64,000 nt of DNA. Source: Sulfolobales archaeon. GTDB lineage: Archaea; Thermoproteota; Thermoprotei_A; Sulfolobales; AG1. The notes under the pieces are model-generated. The model ran no database searches, had not been told where the DNA came from, and worked only from the letters and a program-made list of their open reading frames with translations. Below are positions 17,549 through 26,395 of this stretch, one piece after another (position 1 is the first letter of the stretch; every line of letters starts with the position of its first letter). The stretch covers positions 1 to 64,000 of the forward strand of contig JAWBYA010000004.1 of the NCBI GenBank assembly GCA_038867615.1, in the 5' to 3' direction. The position numbers and the translations under genes were made by a program.

Positions 17549-19483
17549 CTACCCGCCCAGAGCTCTTTTTATCTCCTCTATTGAGTCGGGATTCTCTAGC
17601 ACGCTTATATCACCGAGCTGGCCTCCCGTTACTATAGCCCTGATCACCCTCCTCATGATCTTCCCGCTCCTCGTCCTCGGGAGATCCCTGACAATATATA
17701 TTTCCTCAGGCTCGAAGGGCTTTCCAATAGCCTCTACAACCCTCTCCCTAGCCTTCTTAACAAGAACCTCTGGATCCCTTGGGGGCCATTCCTTGGGCTT
17801 TACAAAACACCCTATAACCTCTCCCTTAACCTCGTGGGGTATGCCTATGCATGCAGACTCAGCAACACCTTCTACCTTGTTTATCACACCCTCAATCTCT
17901 GCGGATCCTATCCTCTTACCAGCAACCTTGATCACATCGTCAGCCCTTCCAAATAGGTACCAGAACCCATCTGAATCTATATAGGCCCAGTCGCCATGAT
18001 ACCATATCCCGGGGAATCTCCTCCAATATGTCTCCAAATACCTCTCAGGATCCCTCCAAAGCCCTCTAGTCATAGATGGTATTGGTTTCCTAACAACGAG
18101 GTATCCCGTAGCACCCCTAACCGGGTTCCCACTCTCATCGAGGACATCTGCATCGACACCGAGGGCTGGACCCCAGAGTGTCGATGGTTTTAGGGGTGTC
18201 ACGACGCTTGGCATTAATATGCACCCAAAAATCTCTGTCCCTCCCGAGAGGTTTATTATCGGTCTCTTCTCCTCGCCAACATCCCTCATAACCCACATCC
18301 ATGTCTGTGGATCTATGGGCTCTCCGGTGTTTCCAAAAACCCTGAGCCTGCTGAGATCGTGGTTCTCGTATGTTTTTCCAAGGGATCTAAGGATCCTTGC
18401 AACAGTTGCTGCGAAACCCATATGGGTTACGCCGAATCTCTCAACAATGCTCCAAGCCCTATCAGGCGGATGATCTATTGCTCCCTCAACCATTATGTGG
18501 GAGGCACCGAGGGTCTGGGTTCCGAAGACCTGCCAGGGACCCATCATCCACCCTAGATCTGTGATCCACCAGAGCTTATCGCCCCTCTTAATATCTAGGT
18601 TGAAGTAATGCTCCTTAGCAGGCTGTAGGATAGAGCCCGCATGGCTTATAACAGCCCCTTTCGGCTTCCCAGTTGTTCCTGAGGTGAATAGTAGTAATGC
18701 CGGGTCATTTGGATCCATTTCCCTAGCCTCAACGGATCTCCAGCTACTCTTTATAGCATCATGATACCATATATCCCTCCTATCATTCCACGGAATCTCT
18801 ATCCCAAGCCTCCTGATAACAACGATCCTCTCAACACTTCCAGAGAGGTCTGAGGCCTTATCAGCATTATCCTTAAGCACGATCGCTTTACCCCTCCTAT
18901 AGTAGCCATCAACAGTAACAAGGATCCTTGACCCAGAAAGCCTAAGCCTCTCAGCAACAGCCTCAGGAGCAAAGCCAGAGAATATAGGGGCAGCTATACC
19001 GCCTATCTTTATAGCTGCAAGCATTGCTATAATTGATTCAGGCATCATAGGAGCATAGATCGCAACAACATCACCAACACCCACACCAGATCCTAGAAAG
19101 AAGCTCGCAAGACTATTAACCTCCCTCAAGAGATCAGAATAAGTATATCTCCTCACAACACCATCCTCACCAACCCATGTAAAAGCCTCACTAGCCCCCA
19201 AACCCCTCTTCACCTGGAGATCTAGAGCATTATAAGCAGCATTAAACCTACCACCAACATACCAAGAAGCCCACTCAACACCCCTACCCAGATCGAGAAC
19301 CTCCCTAGGCTCTCTAAACCACTCAACACCAAGGATCTCCGGTAGCAAGCCCCAGAACCACTTAATATCCTTCGAGCTTGTATCAACAAGATCTCTATAG
19401 CCCTTAAAACCCCTAGACTCCATGAACGAGTAGACATTGGAAGAGTAGACAAGATCCTTTGGGGGATACCACCTGTACTCCAT
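17549..19483 (-). CDS. AMP-forming acetyl/acyl-CoA synthetase
   Basis: FTSGTTGKPKG, SGGTE, GRADDVIKVAGKR, LPRTRSGKIMRR. Confidence 0.93.
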   Translation of the reverse strand: MEYRWYPPKDLVYSSNVYSFMESRGFKGYRDLVDTSSKDIKWFWGLLPEILGVEWFREPREVLDLGRGVEWASWYVGGRFNAAYNALDLQVKRGLGASEAFTWVGEDGVVRRYTYSDLLREVNSLASFFLGSGVGVGDVVAIYAPMMPESIIAMLAAIKIGGIAAPIFSGFAPEAVAERLRLSGSRILVTVDGYYRRGKAIVLKDNADKASDLSGSVERIVVIRRLGIEIPWNDRRDIWYHDAIKSSWRSVEAREMDPNDPALLLFTSGTTGKPKGAVISHAGSILQPAKEHYFNLDIKRGDKLWWITDLGWMMGPWQVFGTQTLGASHIMVEGAIDHPPDRAWSIVERFGVTHMGFAATVARILRSLGKTYENHDLSRLRVFGNTGEPIDPQTWMWVMRDVGEEKRPIINLSGGTEIFGCILMPSVVTPLKPSTLWGPALGVDADVLDESGNPVRGATGYLVVRKPIPSMTRGLWRDPERYLETYWRRFPGIWYHGDWAYIDSDGFWYLFGRADDVIKVAGKRIGSAEIEGVINKVEGVAESACIGIPHEVKGEVIGCFVKPKEWPPRDPEVLVKKARERVVEAIGKPFEPEEIYIVRDLPRTRSGKIMRRVIRAIVTGGQLGDISVLENPDSIEEIKRALGG

Positions 19484-19706
19484 AGCACACCAGAAATAGA
19501 TTCACGCCAAAGATAAAAATACCTATTAATGGATCTTTTAAACGTTACACAAAACACACCACATCTAGATAGAGAAACAATAAACCTAGCCCGTTTGTCC
19601 CTGGATGTTCATTCCAATCACTTTATCTTTATTCATAGTCTTATCCAGGGACTTCAACCCCGCCCGCAGGGATTCCTTTATCCCTGTGGTTAATGGACTG
19701 CTGCCA

Positions 19707-20081
19707 AGCCGTAGCCAGCTGCTTCGAGTTTCATGATGGTTTATAAGGATTGATATTAAACCCGTAGTTCTGCAGTAATGGAACACTATATAAGCTCTAT
19801 TATTTTACTTGGATGCCCGCCCAACAATGAGGGTTAAAAAAATAAAGACCCGAGGAGCGGGTTAAAATAAAAACCAGGATGTGGGGGTTTCCCCACAGCA
19901 ATGAACCAGAGCAAAGCTATGAAGGGGAGCTGTGGGCCGGGATCACCCCGAACGGGTGGAGACCAGTGATATGGGCCCCAATGAAAGGAGCCCTGAGGCC
20001 CATGAAGCCAAGGAAAGAGCGGTTGATATCAAAATCAACCGCAATGAAGCCCGAACCCCAAACGGTACTTGGCTAAAACGG
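19707..20081 (+). mobile_element. Non-autonomous repeat element copy C (longest; retains tnpB 3' tail / omegaRNA-like segment)
   Basis: Collinear with copies A and B plus about 90 extra internal nt (CACCCCGAACGGGTGG..CCAATGAAAGGAGCCCTGAGG); no transposase or nuclease ORF. Confidence 0.8.
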
Positions 20082-20224
20082 ATCTGGTGGGAAAATTGAT
20101 AGCGATCAATTATAAACCTCCATAGAATCTGAAGTAATTCACTACAGCATCGGTGCGTCAGTAGATCCTCTATGAGGCTGTAGCCAGTCACTCTTGTAAT
20201 ACTGTCCGGGTGATAATACTCGTT

Positions 20225-20260
20225 CCTATGCTATTTATTAGGCCTATGCTATTTATTAGG
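20225..20260. repeat. Perfect 18-bp tandem repeat CCTATGCTATTTATTAGG x2 upstream of the pilin promoter
   Basis: Read directly; TATA-like TAAATATATAAG at about 20297-20307. Confidence 0.9.
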
Positions 20261-20336
20261 GCATACTATTGTCTATGGGTAATACTAATACCTGTTAAAT
20301 ATATAAGCCTGTAATTAATTATTATTGGGTAGAAAA

Positions 20337-20783
20337 ATGTCAACAAGGATTAGTACGAAAAGAGTTAAAAAAGGACTAGAGCCTCTTATAGCTGCTATAG
20401 TGCTCATAGCAATAACCCTCATCGTAGCCATTGCAGTAGCAGCATGGGTAACAGGGCTATTTGCATCAACCACAGGTGCAGGAGTAGAAAAGCTATACGT
20501 ATATCCAAATGCAACTCTGAAAAAGATCAATCCTACTACCTGGCAGTTTAACGCGTCAGTCACTAATGTGGGTGCAGTAAATTCAACCATAGTAGGAGTA
20601 ACAGTTGGTTTCAATCAATGCTCTGCCTCTACCAATACACCAGTAAATGTTGGACAAACCGTACTAGTTAGCGTAAACATCCCAACTGCTGGCGGCTGCA
20701 ACTACATTAATGGCACCACCTACCAGGTTCAGATAATCACACAGGCTGGCAACGCTTTCTACACAGTAGTGGTTGCTGGTTAG
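20337..20783 (+). CDS. Archaeal type IV pilin (class III signal peptide)
   Basis: KRVKKG|LEPLIAAIVLIAITLIVAIAV cleavage motif; beta-rich C-domain with N-x-S/T sequons and a Cys pair. Confidence 0.92.
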   Translation: MSTRISTKRVKKGLEPLIAAIVLIAITLIVAIAVAAWVTGLFASTTGAGVEKLYVYPNATLKKINPTTWQFNASVTNVGAVNSTIVGVTVGFNQCSASTNTPVNVGQTVLVSVNIPTAGGCNYINGTTYQVQIITQAGNAFYTVVVAG

Positions 20784-20834
20784 CCACTGCTATAATTGTT
20801 ATATAAGTTTTATAGTATATAGACACACAATATA

Positions 20835-20861
20835 TTCTTTTTTTCTTTTTTCTCTTCTTTT
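20835..20861 (+). terminator. Oligo-T/pyrimidine terminator after the pilin gene
   Basis: TTCTTTTTTTCTTTTTTCTCTTCTTTT about 50 nt after the stop. Confidence 0.7.
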
Positions 20862-21037
20862 GTTGAGGATTCTGGAACAAGAGCTAAAGATATATTATGG
20901 TTGGTTTTTATAATGTCTTTCTGTGAAGATCTTGATGCATTAGATTGGAAGCATCAAGCCTCATAACCAGCTCTACCTTCGTAGCTATGGGTTAATGGTT
21001 TATGATGTAGCTTGATATATAGCTGGTCAGGTTATAT

Positions 21038-21060
21038 GGGGTTCGGGCTTCATCGCGGTG
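21038..21060 (-). mobile_element. Isolated right-end fragment (D) of the same repeat family
   Basis: Reverse complement ACCGCGATGAAGCCCGAACCCC vs copy C ACCGCAATGAAGCCCGAACCCC. Confidence 0.7.
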
Positions 21061-21063
21061 GCT

Positions 21064-22107
21064 CTATTGGTGTTTTATTCTTGAGATGGTGTTGAGTAGC
21101 TCTTCGTTGTCTTTTCTCTTTTTTATAGAGACTCTTATATAGCCCTTGTCAAGGCCTTCAAAGGATCTGCAGTCTCTTACTGCTATTTCGTGTTTGAGTA
21201 GTTCTTCGTGCAGTATATCTATATCTATTGATGTTTTTGTTAGGATGTAGTTTGCGTGGCTTCTATATACTCTGAACCCTAGCCTCTCCAATCCTTGTGA
21301 GAGGTATTTCCTCTCTATCGATATATATTCTCTCGAATCCCTGATAAACCTTCTCATGGCCTCTCCATGGCTTCTCAGTAGATTTGTTATCGTGCACTCA
21401 GCGATTGAGTTTATGTTCCACGGCTGTCTCACAGAATCTATGATTCTTGAGAGCTGTTTGCTTAGCACCATGAAGCCTATTCTTAGACCAGATATTGAGA
21501 GCCACTTGGTTAGGGATCTCAGGATGGCAATATTATCGGGCATGTCTATAGGCTCTATGGGGCATTCTTCGCATAGCTCTGCATAGGCTTCATCGATAAT
21601 TATGGTAGCATCACATCTAGTTGCTATGCTTGCTAGCTTCTTCACATCTATATAGGCTCCTGTCGGGTTGTTTGGGTTGCTCATAATTATAACTGAGGAT
21701 CTATCTTTACACGCGGTTTCCAAGAGATCTTCGCTTAATACGAATCCATCGTTGCCCTCTATGTATCTCAGTGCTATGCAGTCTATTCCGAGGGCTTTGC
21801 ACAAGATCCTATGATCCCCGAATGTTGGTTCGAGGGAATAGATCCTTGCTGGTTTGAGGGCTAATACTAATAATGGAAGAGCTTCCGAGGATCCGTTGAG
21901 CACCACAACCCCCTCAGGATCAACGTTATAGAAGCTCGATATAGCATTCCTAAGATCTCTATACTCGTAATCAGGATACCTGGCAATAACATCCTCCGAA
22001 AAGCACCTCATCCTCAGGATCTCTAGGAGTTCTCTCGGAGGGCCTAGGGGGTTTGTATTCACGCTGAAATCTTTCTTAACCCTCACCCTTCCGCCATGGA
22101 TCCGCAT
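21064..22107 (-). CDS. cobD: Threonine-phosphate decarboxylase CobD (class I PLP enzyme)
   Basis: HGG..DFSVNTNPLG, YPD, NPNNPTG, DEAY, RSLTK..SGLRIG, VRDCRSF; cob cluster context. Confidence 0.85.
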   Translation of the reverse strand: MRIHGGRVRVKKDFSVNTNPLGPPRELLEILRMRCFSEDVIARYPDYEYRDLRNAISSFYNVDPEGVVVLNGSSEALPLLVLALKPARIYSLEPTFGDHRILCKALGIDCIALRYIEGNDGFVLSEDLLETACKDRSSVIIMSNPNNPTGAYIDVKKLASIATRCDATIIIDEAYAELCEECPIEPIDMPDNIAILRSLTKWLSISGLRIGFMVLSKQLSRIIDSVRQPWNINSIAECTITNLLRSHGEAMRRFIRDSREYISIERKYLSQGLERLGFRVYRSHANYILTKTSIDIDILHEELLKHEIAVRDCRSFEGLDKGYIRVSIKKRKDNEELLNTISRIKHQ

Positions 22108-22625
22108 ATCTCCTCGGCCCTTAATAGATCCTCCTGAGTATCTATATCCATAAGCTCGGGGGAATAGCTATAATCTATATCAACCCACCCCCACCCAGCA
22201 GCCTTTGCAAAAGATACACCTAGAGCTTCGCAAACATCATTTCTACAAACCCTCATAGTAGCTATAGGCTCCGTAGCTTCGAGAGCCCTTCTAACAAAAT
22301 CCACCAGAATATCGGCTGATATGAAGGGTATATCCCCAGGTAATACGAGGACAGGTCTCCCCACCTTTGAGAGGGCTTCATAGAGATCCTCAGGATACCC
22401 AGCACCCCTTGTCTCTATACACCTATGCTTAGCACAGATCCCCTCTAGGTATTTCTTCGTATAGGGGCTCACAACAACTATAGGTTCTCCAATGCTTGAG
22501 GCTATCCTGACCACTCTCTCAATAAGCCTCTCACCACACACCTCTGCTACGAGCTTGTACGGTCCGCCAAACCTGCTCCCTATACCACCGGCCATTATTA
22601 TGATCCTGAGCCTTCCTATCATCAC
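22083..22625 (-). CDS. cobY: Adenosylcobinamide-phosphate guanylyltransferase CobY (MobA-like NTP transferase)
   Basis: MAGGIGSRF..K, GAGYPEDL, PGDIP, DIDTQEDL; context. Confidence 0.8.
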   Translation of the reverse strand: MMIGRLRIIIMAGGIGSRFGGPYKLVAEVCGERLIERVVRIASSIGEPIVVVSPYTKKYLEGICAKHRCIETRGAGYPEDLYEALSKVGRPVLVLPGDIPFISADILVDFVRRALEATEPIATMRVCRNDVCEALGVSFAKAAGWGWVDIDYSYSPELMDIDTQEDLLRAEEICGSMAEG

Positions 22626-23443
22626 TGCTCCCTAGTTTTCAGAGCCTCCTCGATCCTCATGTATATCTTTCTCAGAGCCTCCTCACCGATCCATGGTATC
22701 AGCCTCGCCCTAGAGATCTGGTTTAGTAGGAGCAATACCCTCTTCCCAATAACATCTAGAACCTGATCCCGCCCCGCTGTGTCCTCACGATAACCCATAT
22801 ACCTCATATAATCACTTGGCCCCCTTCTTCCCATATGGCTCCTAAGGATCTCTAGTATAACCATGGCTGCTAGATAACCAACCTTTGTTCCAAGCCCGGC
22901 ATAGCTCTCCAGCCCCCTTCTAGATGCAACGACAGTAGCGTCTGACACAGTACCAACGGCAACAGATCCTTTGCATGATAGTCCTAAAAGGGCTATCAAG
23001 CCCGCTTTAGCCTCCGAAACAGATCTAAATAGATCTATGAGTCCCACATCGCTAAGCCCGGAATTAACGGCTAGAAAAATATTTATCGTCCCAATACTTT
23101 CCAGCTCTCTCTCCTCCACATCGCTGTCTATGCATGCTGGGTGGGTTAAACCTATAGTTGATATCGCCTCAACCACTAGGTTTTTGCTCGACCTAGCAAC
23201 ATATATATACTCACCAACATTTGCTGCTGTTAGAAAGACTGCTGATTCAGGCTTCCCAAGGCTTTCTGCAACGCCCTGGGCATAGCTCACAGGATCTATT
23301 ATACACTCGTCGATATGCTTGAATATAACAGATTCTATGGATCCAAGCCCTCCTCCATAGACAGTCGTTCCCAGGGATCTCAGGGGTTCTGCGAGATCTA
23401 CTACAAGGGTGTCTTTATCAATCATTCTTGGCCTTAAGAGCAT
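22622..23443 (-). CDS. cbiZ: Adenosylcobinamide amidohydrolase CbiZ
   Basis: GGG, FLTAA, GTINI, EAK, GTVSDA, YAG motifs. Confidence 0.85.
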   Translation of the reverse strand: MLLRPRMIDKDTLVVDLAEPLRSLGTTVYGGGLGSIESVIFKHIDECIIDPVSYAQGVAESLGKPESAVFLTAANVGEYIYVARSSKNLVVEAISTIGLTHPACIDSDVEERELESIGTINIFLAVNSGLSDVGLIDLFRSVSEAKAGLIALLGLSCKGSVAVGTVSDATVVASRRGLESYAGLGTKVGYLAAMVILEILRSHMGRRGPSDYMRYMGYREDTAGRDQVLDVIGKRVLLLLNQISRARLIPWIGEEALRKIYMRIEEALKTREQ

Positions 23444-24488
23444 CGATCACAACCCCATATTCCCTATATATAGAGGAGATAACATCATCGACGCTCAAGC
23501 CTCTCAGCATTGCTAAGAGACACGTACCCCCAGCCCCGACGCCTTCCTTAACATAGCCCTCCTCATATTTCCTCAACCCCTCATACATAGATCCTGAGAA
23601 ATCGAGCTCCACGTAGGCTAATCCAACCTCAGGCGCTATCTCCCTAACCATTCCAGGGAGATCTGCTGTTCTATCCTCTATAACCCATCTGGTTGTTGCG
23701 ATAAACACCCCATCGAGATCTTTTGCGATCTTTTTAGCAAGGGCTATCACAGCTGCCATCTGTGTTCCCCCAGCTAGAATGACCTTCGAGCCCCTCTCAA
23801 GAACTCCCAAAGCTATCCCTGCTATCGATATATGCAGGGGATCGCCAACCATGTCGTTGATCTCGAATACTCCTGATACGTTAGAGAGTCTCTTCATAGC
23901 TTCTCCCACAACCCTTCTCTTAAGATCCAATGGGTTCTCCTTAGAGGCACTGCTAACCATAGCCCTATACCCAAGGGCTGTTAGAATCGACATAGCCGTT
24001 GTTGTTCCTCCAGGCATGCTCTCACCGATCAGGACGCATTTAAAAGATCTCCCTAGGTTTCTTCCAAAAACTCTCCCCTCGTTGAAAAGCCTTATCGAAG
24101 TACCCAGCGGAAGTGCTTGTTCAGAGCCTATCGCTCCCCCCACACATCTGCTTGGGAGATCCACATGGGATATCTGGGGATCTATATATGAACCTGCATC
24201 AACGATCAAGGGCTTGGATCCGGTAAGGTTAAGACAAGCCCTGGAAAGAAGCGCTGGTGTGGGTATCCCATCAGGGGTTACAGGGATCACATCTAGCGAG
24301 AGGGGCTTACCCCTAACTAGGTATTCAACATCCAGCGCGGGCGTATATAGAGTTAGCTCTGGACTCGCTCCAGCAATAGAGATCCCAGGTATTGTCGAGG
24401 TTCTAGTAGACGCTATAACATATATCGGGACGCAATTCTGAGGATCTATAGCGCCTAGATCGCCGTTAACGATCCTAAATCCCTTCGT
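23418..24488 (-). CDS. cobT: Archaeal CobT-type nicotinate-mononucleotide phosphoribosyltransferase; extends upstream of the ORF-track start (24290)
   Basis: GESMPGGTTTA, LAGGTQM, YEEGYVKEGVGAGG; in-frame upstream translation gives conserved STIPGISIAGASPELTLYTPALDVEY; start uncertain. Confidence 0.88.
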   Translation of the reverse strand, partial: TKGFRIVNGDLGAIDPQNCVPIYVIASTRTSTIPGISIAGASPELTLYTPALDVEYLVRGKPLSLDVIPVTPDGIPTPALLSRACLNLTGSKPLIVDAGSYIDPQISHVDLPSRCVGGAIGSEQALPLGTSIRLFNEGRVFGRNLGRSFKCVLIGESMPGGTTTAMSILTALGYRAMVSSASKENPLDLKRRVVGEAMKRLSNVSGVFEINDMVGDPLHISIAGIALGVLERGSKVILAGGTQMAAVIALAKKIAKDLDGVFIATTRWVIEDRTADLPGMVREIAPEVGLAYVELDFSGSMYEGLRKYEEGYVKEGVGAGGTCLLAMLRGLSVDDVISSIYREYGVVIDALKAKND

Positions 24489-24738
24489 ATGGATACACCA
24501 TCCATATATAGCTATAGGGCATAAAAGACCGGCACACCATTAACCAGTTCTGAAAAACGATCCCCAAATAAGGTCGAGCCTACAACAAATATAGAAAAAA
24601 GCCGCAGTATCATGGAGAGCACTTGTCTGATCGCTGGCCTCATGTTATAATGTGGGTAAATTGATAAGCGGGGGTTCATATCCCCATAGATCTTGTGATA
24701 TTATTCTATGCAGGGCCTCATGCCATATAGTATTCTTT

Positions 24739-24794
24739 GGATCAGATCTTAACCGATATCCTCACTACTCGGATCATAACCCCCTCATCATCCC
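24739..24794 (-). ncRNA. C/D-box methylation guide sRNA
   Basis: ATGATGA(C)-12 nt-CCGA(D')-GTA-GTGAGGA(C')-13 nt-CTGA(D), short GGG/TCC flanks; intergenic. Confidence 0.85.
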
Positions 24795-25144
24795 ACCACG
24801 ATCTTAGCATAAACGGTATATTTTTATTACACACGATCCTGGCTTCATATCAATGCTCCTACCTATCCCTTGCTCTTTATATAGGTTTCTTTGGATCCTT
24901 CATTCTCTTTGCTTATATAGATGTTTTATGTCTATGCTAGCATTGCATAAAAGGCATGGCTTATGGCTTGTATGCCGATGGGTTACCAGCTATTAGTCCT
25001 TAACGGGCTTACAATGGTTTTTCTCTAATGTTTGGTGAACTATGTGTATTGATTTATTATGGGCATTCCCGGAATACCTATTATGCTTAGTATTTATAGG
25101 GATTATTGGGTATAATGGGTCTAATCTTAATAACCCTGTAGTAT

Positions 25145-26395
25145 ATGTGTTATAGGGATAGTTTGTCGCCCCACACGCTCGGCATCTTTAGCGTTAGTGA
25201 TATAGATATATCCTCTAAGAAGGTTCTACTTAGGCTTGATCTAAACTCCCCAATAGATCCTAAGAGTAAGAGGATCTCCGATGACTCTAGGATAAGGGCC
25301 CATGCCGAGAGCGTGAAGCTCCTCCTAGATCGGGGAGCTGCGGTGGCTATCCTAGCCCATCAGGGGAGGCCCGGTGATAGTGATTTCACAACCCTTGAGG
25401 AGCATGGTGAGAGGCTCTCTAAGTATGTTGGCCAGCATATAGAGTATATAGGCGATATTATTGGGCCTCATGCTATAAGAACAATATCGCTACTAAAACC
25501 AGGCGAGGCGGTGCTTCTCGAGAATGTTAGGTTTCTTGCAGAGGAGATGATCGAGGCTCCGCCGGAGGATCAGGGCTCTAGGATCTATGTGAGGAGGCTT
25601 TCAAAGCTCTTCGACCTATATGTTAACGATGCTTTCGGAGCATCCCATAGATCCCAGCCAAGCATTGTGGGCTTCCCCGTTGTTATGAGGGGGGCCGCAG
25701 GGCCCTTAATGATTAGGGAGCTTACAGAGATCTCGAGGGCTTTTTCCGAGGAGAATAGGCCTAGGGTTTTTGTCCTCGGCGGGGCGAAGATCCCTGATAC
25801 GGTGAGGATTATTAAGAATATAGCTTCTAGAAAGGCTGCTGATAAGATCCTTCTGACGGGCTTGGTTTCACTTGTATATCACATGGCTTTAGGAACAGAT
25901 CTGGGGCCCGATAACAAGTCCTTCCTAGTATCCAGGGGCTATGATAAGCTTTTAGAGGAGGTCAGGGCGACAACAAAGCTTGGTGTAGAGATAGTGCTTC
26001 CAAAGGATTACAGAGTGCTTAGGGGAGATGTTGTCGATAACACATGCATAAGTAGTCTCAATATGGGTGGAAGGGCTCTTGACATAGGTGAGGAGACTAT
26101 AGAGGAGTTTAGCAATATAATAAGAAGTGCTGGTGCTATTGTTATGAGGGGGCCTGCGGGATATATAGAGGATATGAGGTTTAGGGCAGGGACAGAAGCT
26201 CTCCTGAGAAGTGCTCTAGAAGCAAGGGCTAGGGTTATAATTGGTGGAGGGCATCTAGGATCGATGATCCCTGGTGACTATGATAGAAGCAGGATCCTCA
26301 TATCAACGGGTGGGGGCGCGTTGTTAACACTACTCTCGGGAGAGGATCTCCCAGCCATAGAGGCTCTCAAGATATCTGCTAAGAGGTGGTGGTGA
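25145..26395 (+). CDS. pgk: Phosphoglycerate kinase
   Basis: RLDLNSP, AHQGRP, LLENVRF, VNDAFGASHR, LGGAK, STGGGA. Confidence 0.96.
   Translation: MCYRDSLSPHTLGIFSVSDIDISSKKVLLRLDLNSPIDPKSKRISDDSRIRAHAESVKLLLDRGAAVAILAHQGRPGDSDFTTLEEHGERLSKYVGQHIEYIGDIIGPHAIRTISLLKPGEAVLLENVRFLAEEMIEAPPEDQGSRIYVRRLSKLFDLYVNDAFGASHRSQPSIVGFPVVMRGAAGPLMIRELTEISRAFSEENRPRVFVLGGAKIPDTVRIIKNIASRKAADKILLTGLVSLVYHMALGTDLGPDNKSFLVSRGYDKLLEEVRATTKLGVEIVLPKDYRVLRGDVVDNTCISSLNMGGRALDIGEETIEEFSNIIRSAGAIVMRGPAGYIEDMRFRAGTEALLRSALEARARVIIGGGHLGSMIPGDYDRSRILISTGGGALLTLLSGEDLPAIEALKISAKRWW

Noticed and set aside
19879-20076. ORF MWGFPH... and related ORFs 12717-12971 and 19586-19786 as real proteins
   Set aside because: They lie within the repeat element and are not conserved as intact frames across copies; no RuvC or transposase motifs.
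23779-24441. Long antisense ORFs (this 220 aa one, also 26769-27344, 50347-50913, 16023-16514 and many shorter)
   Set aside because: They mirror well-identified genes on the opposite strand and have no motifs of their own; shadow ORFs from codon bias.
24540-24735. Cobalamin riboswitch upstream of the cob operon
   Set aside because: No B12-box or GGGAA...GCCCCCGC core motifs seen on the relevant strand.
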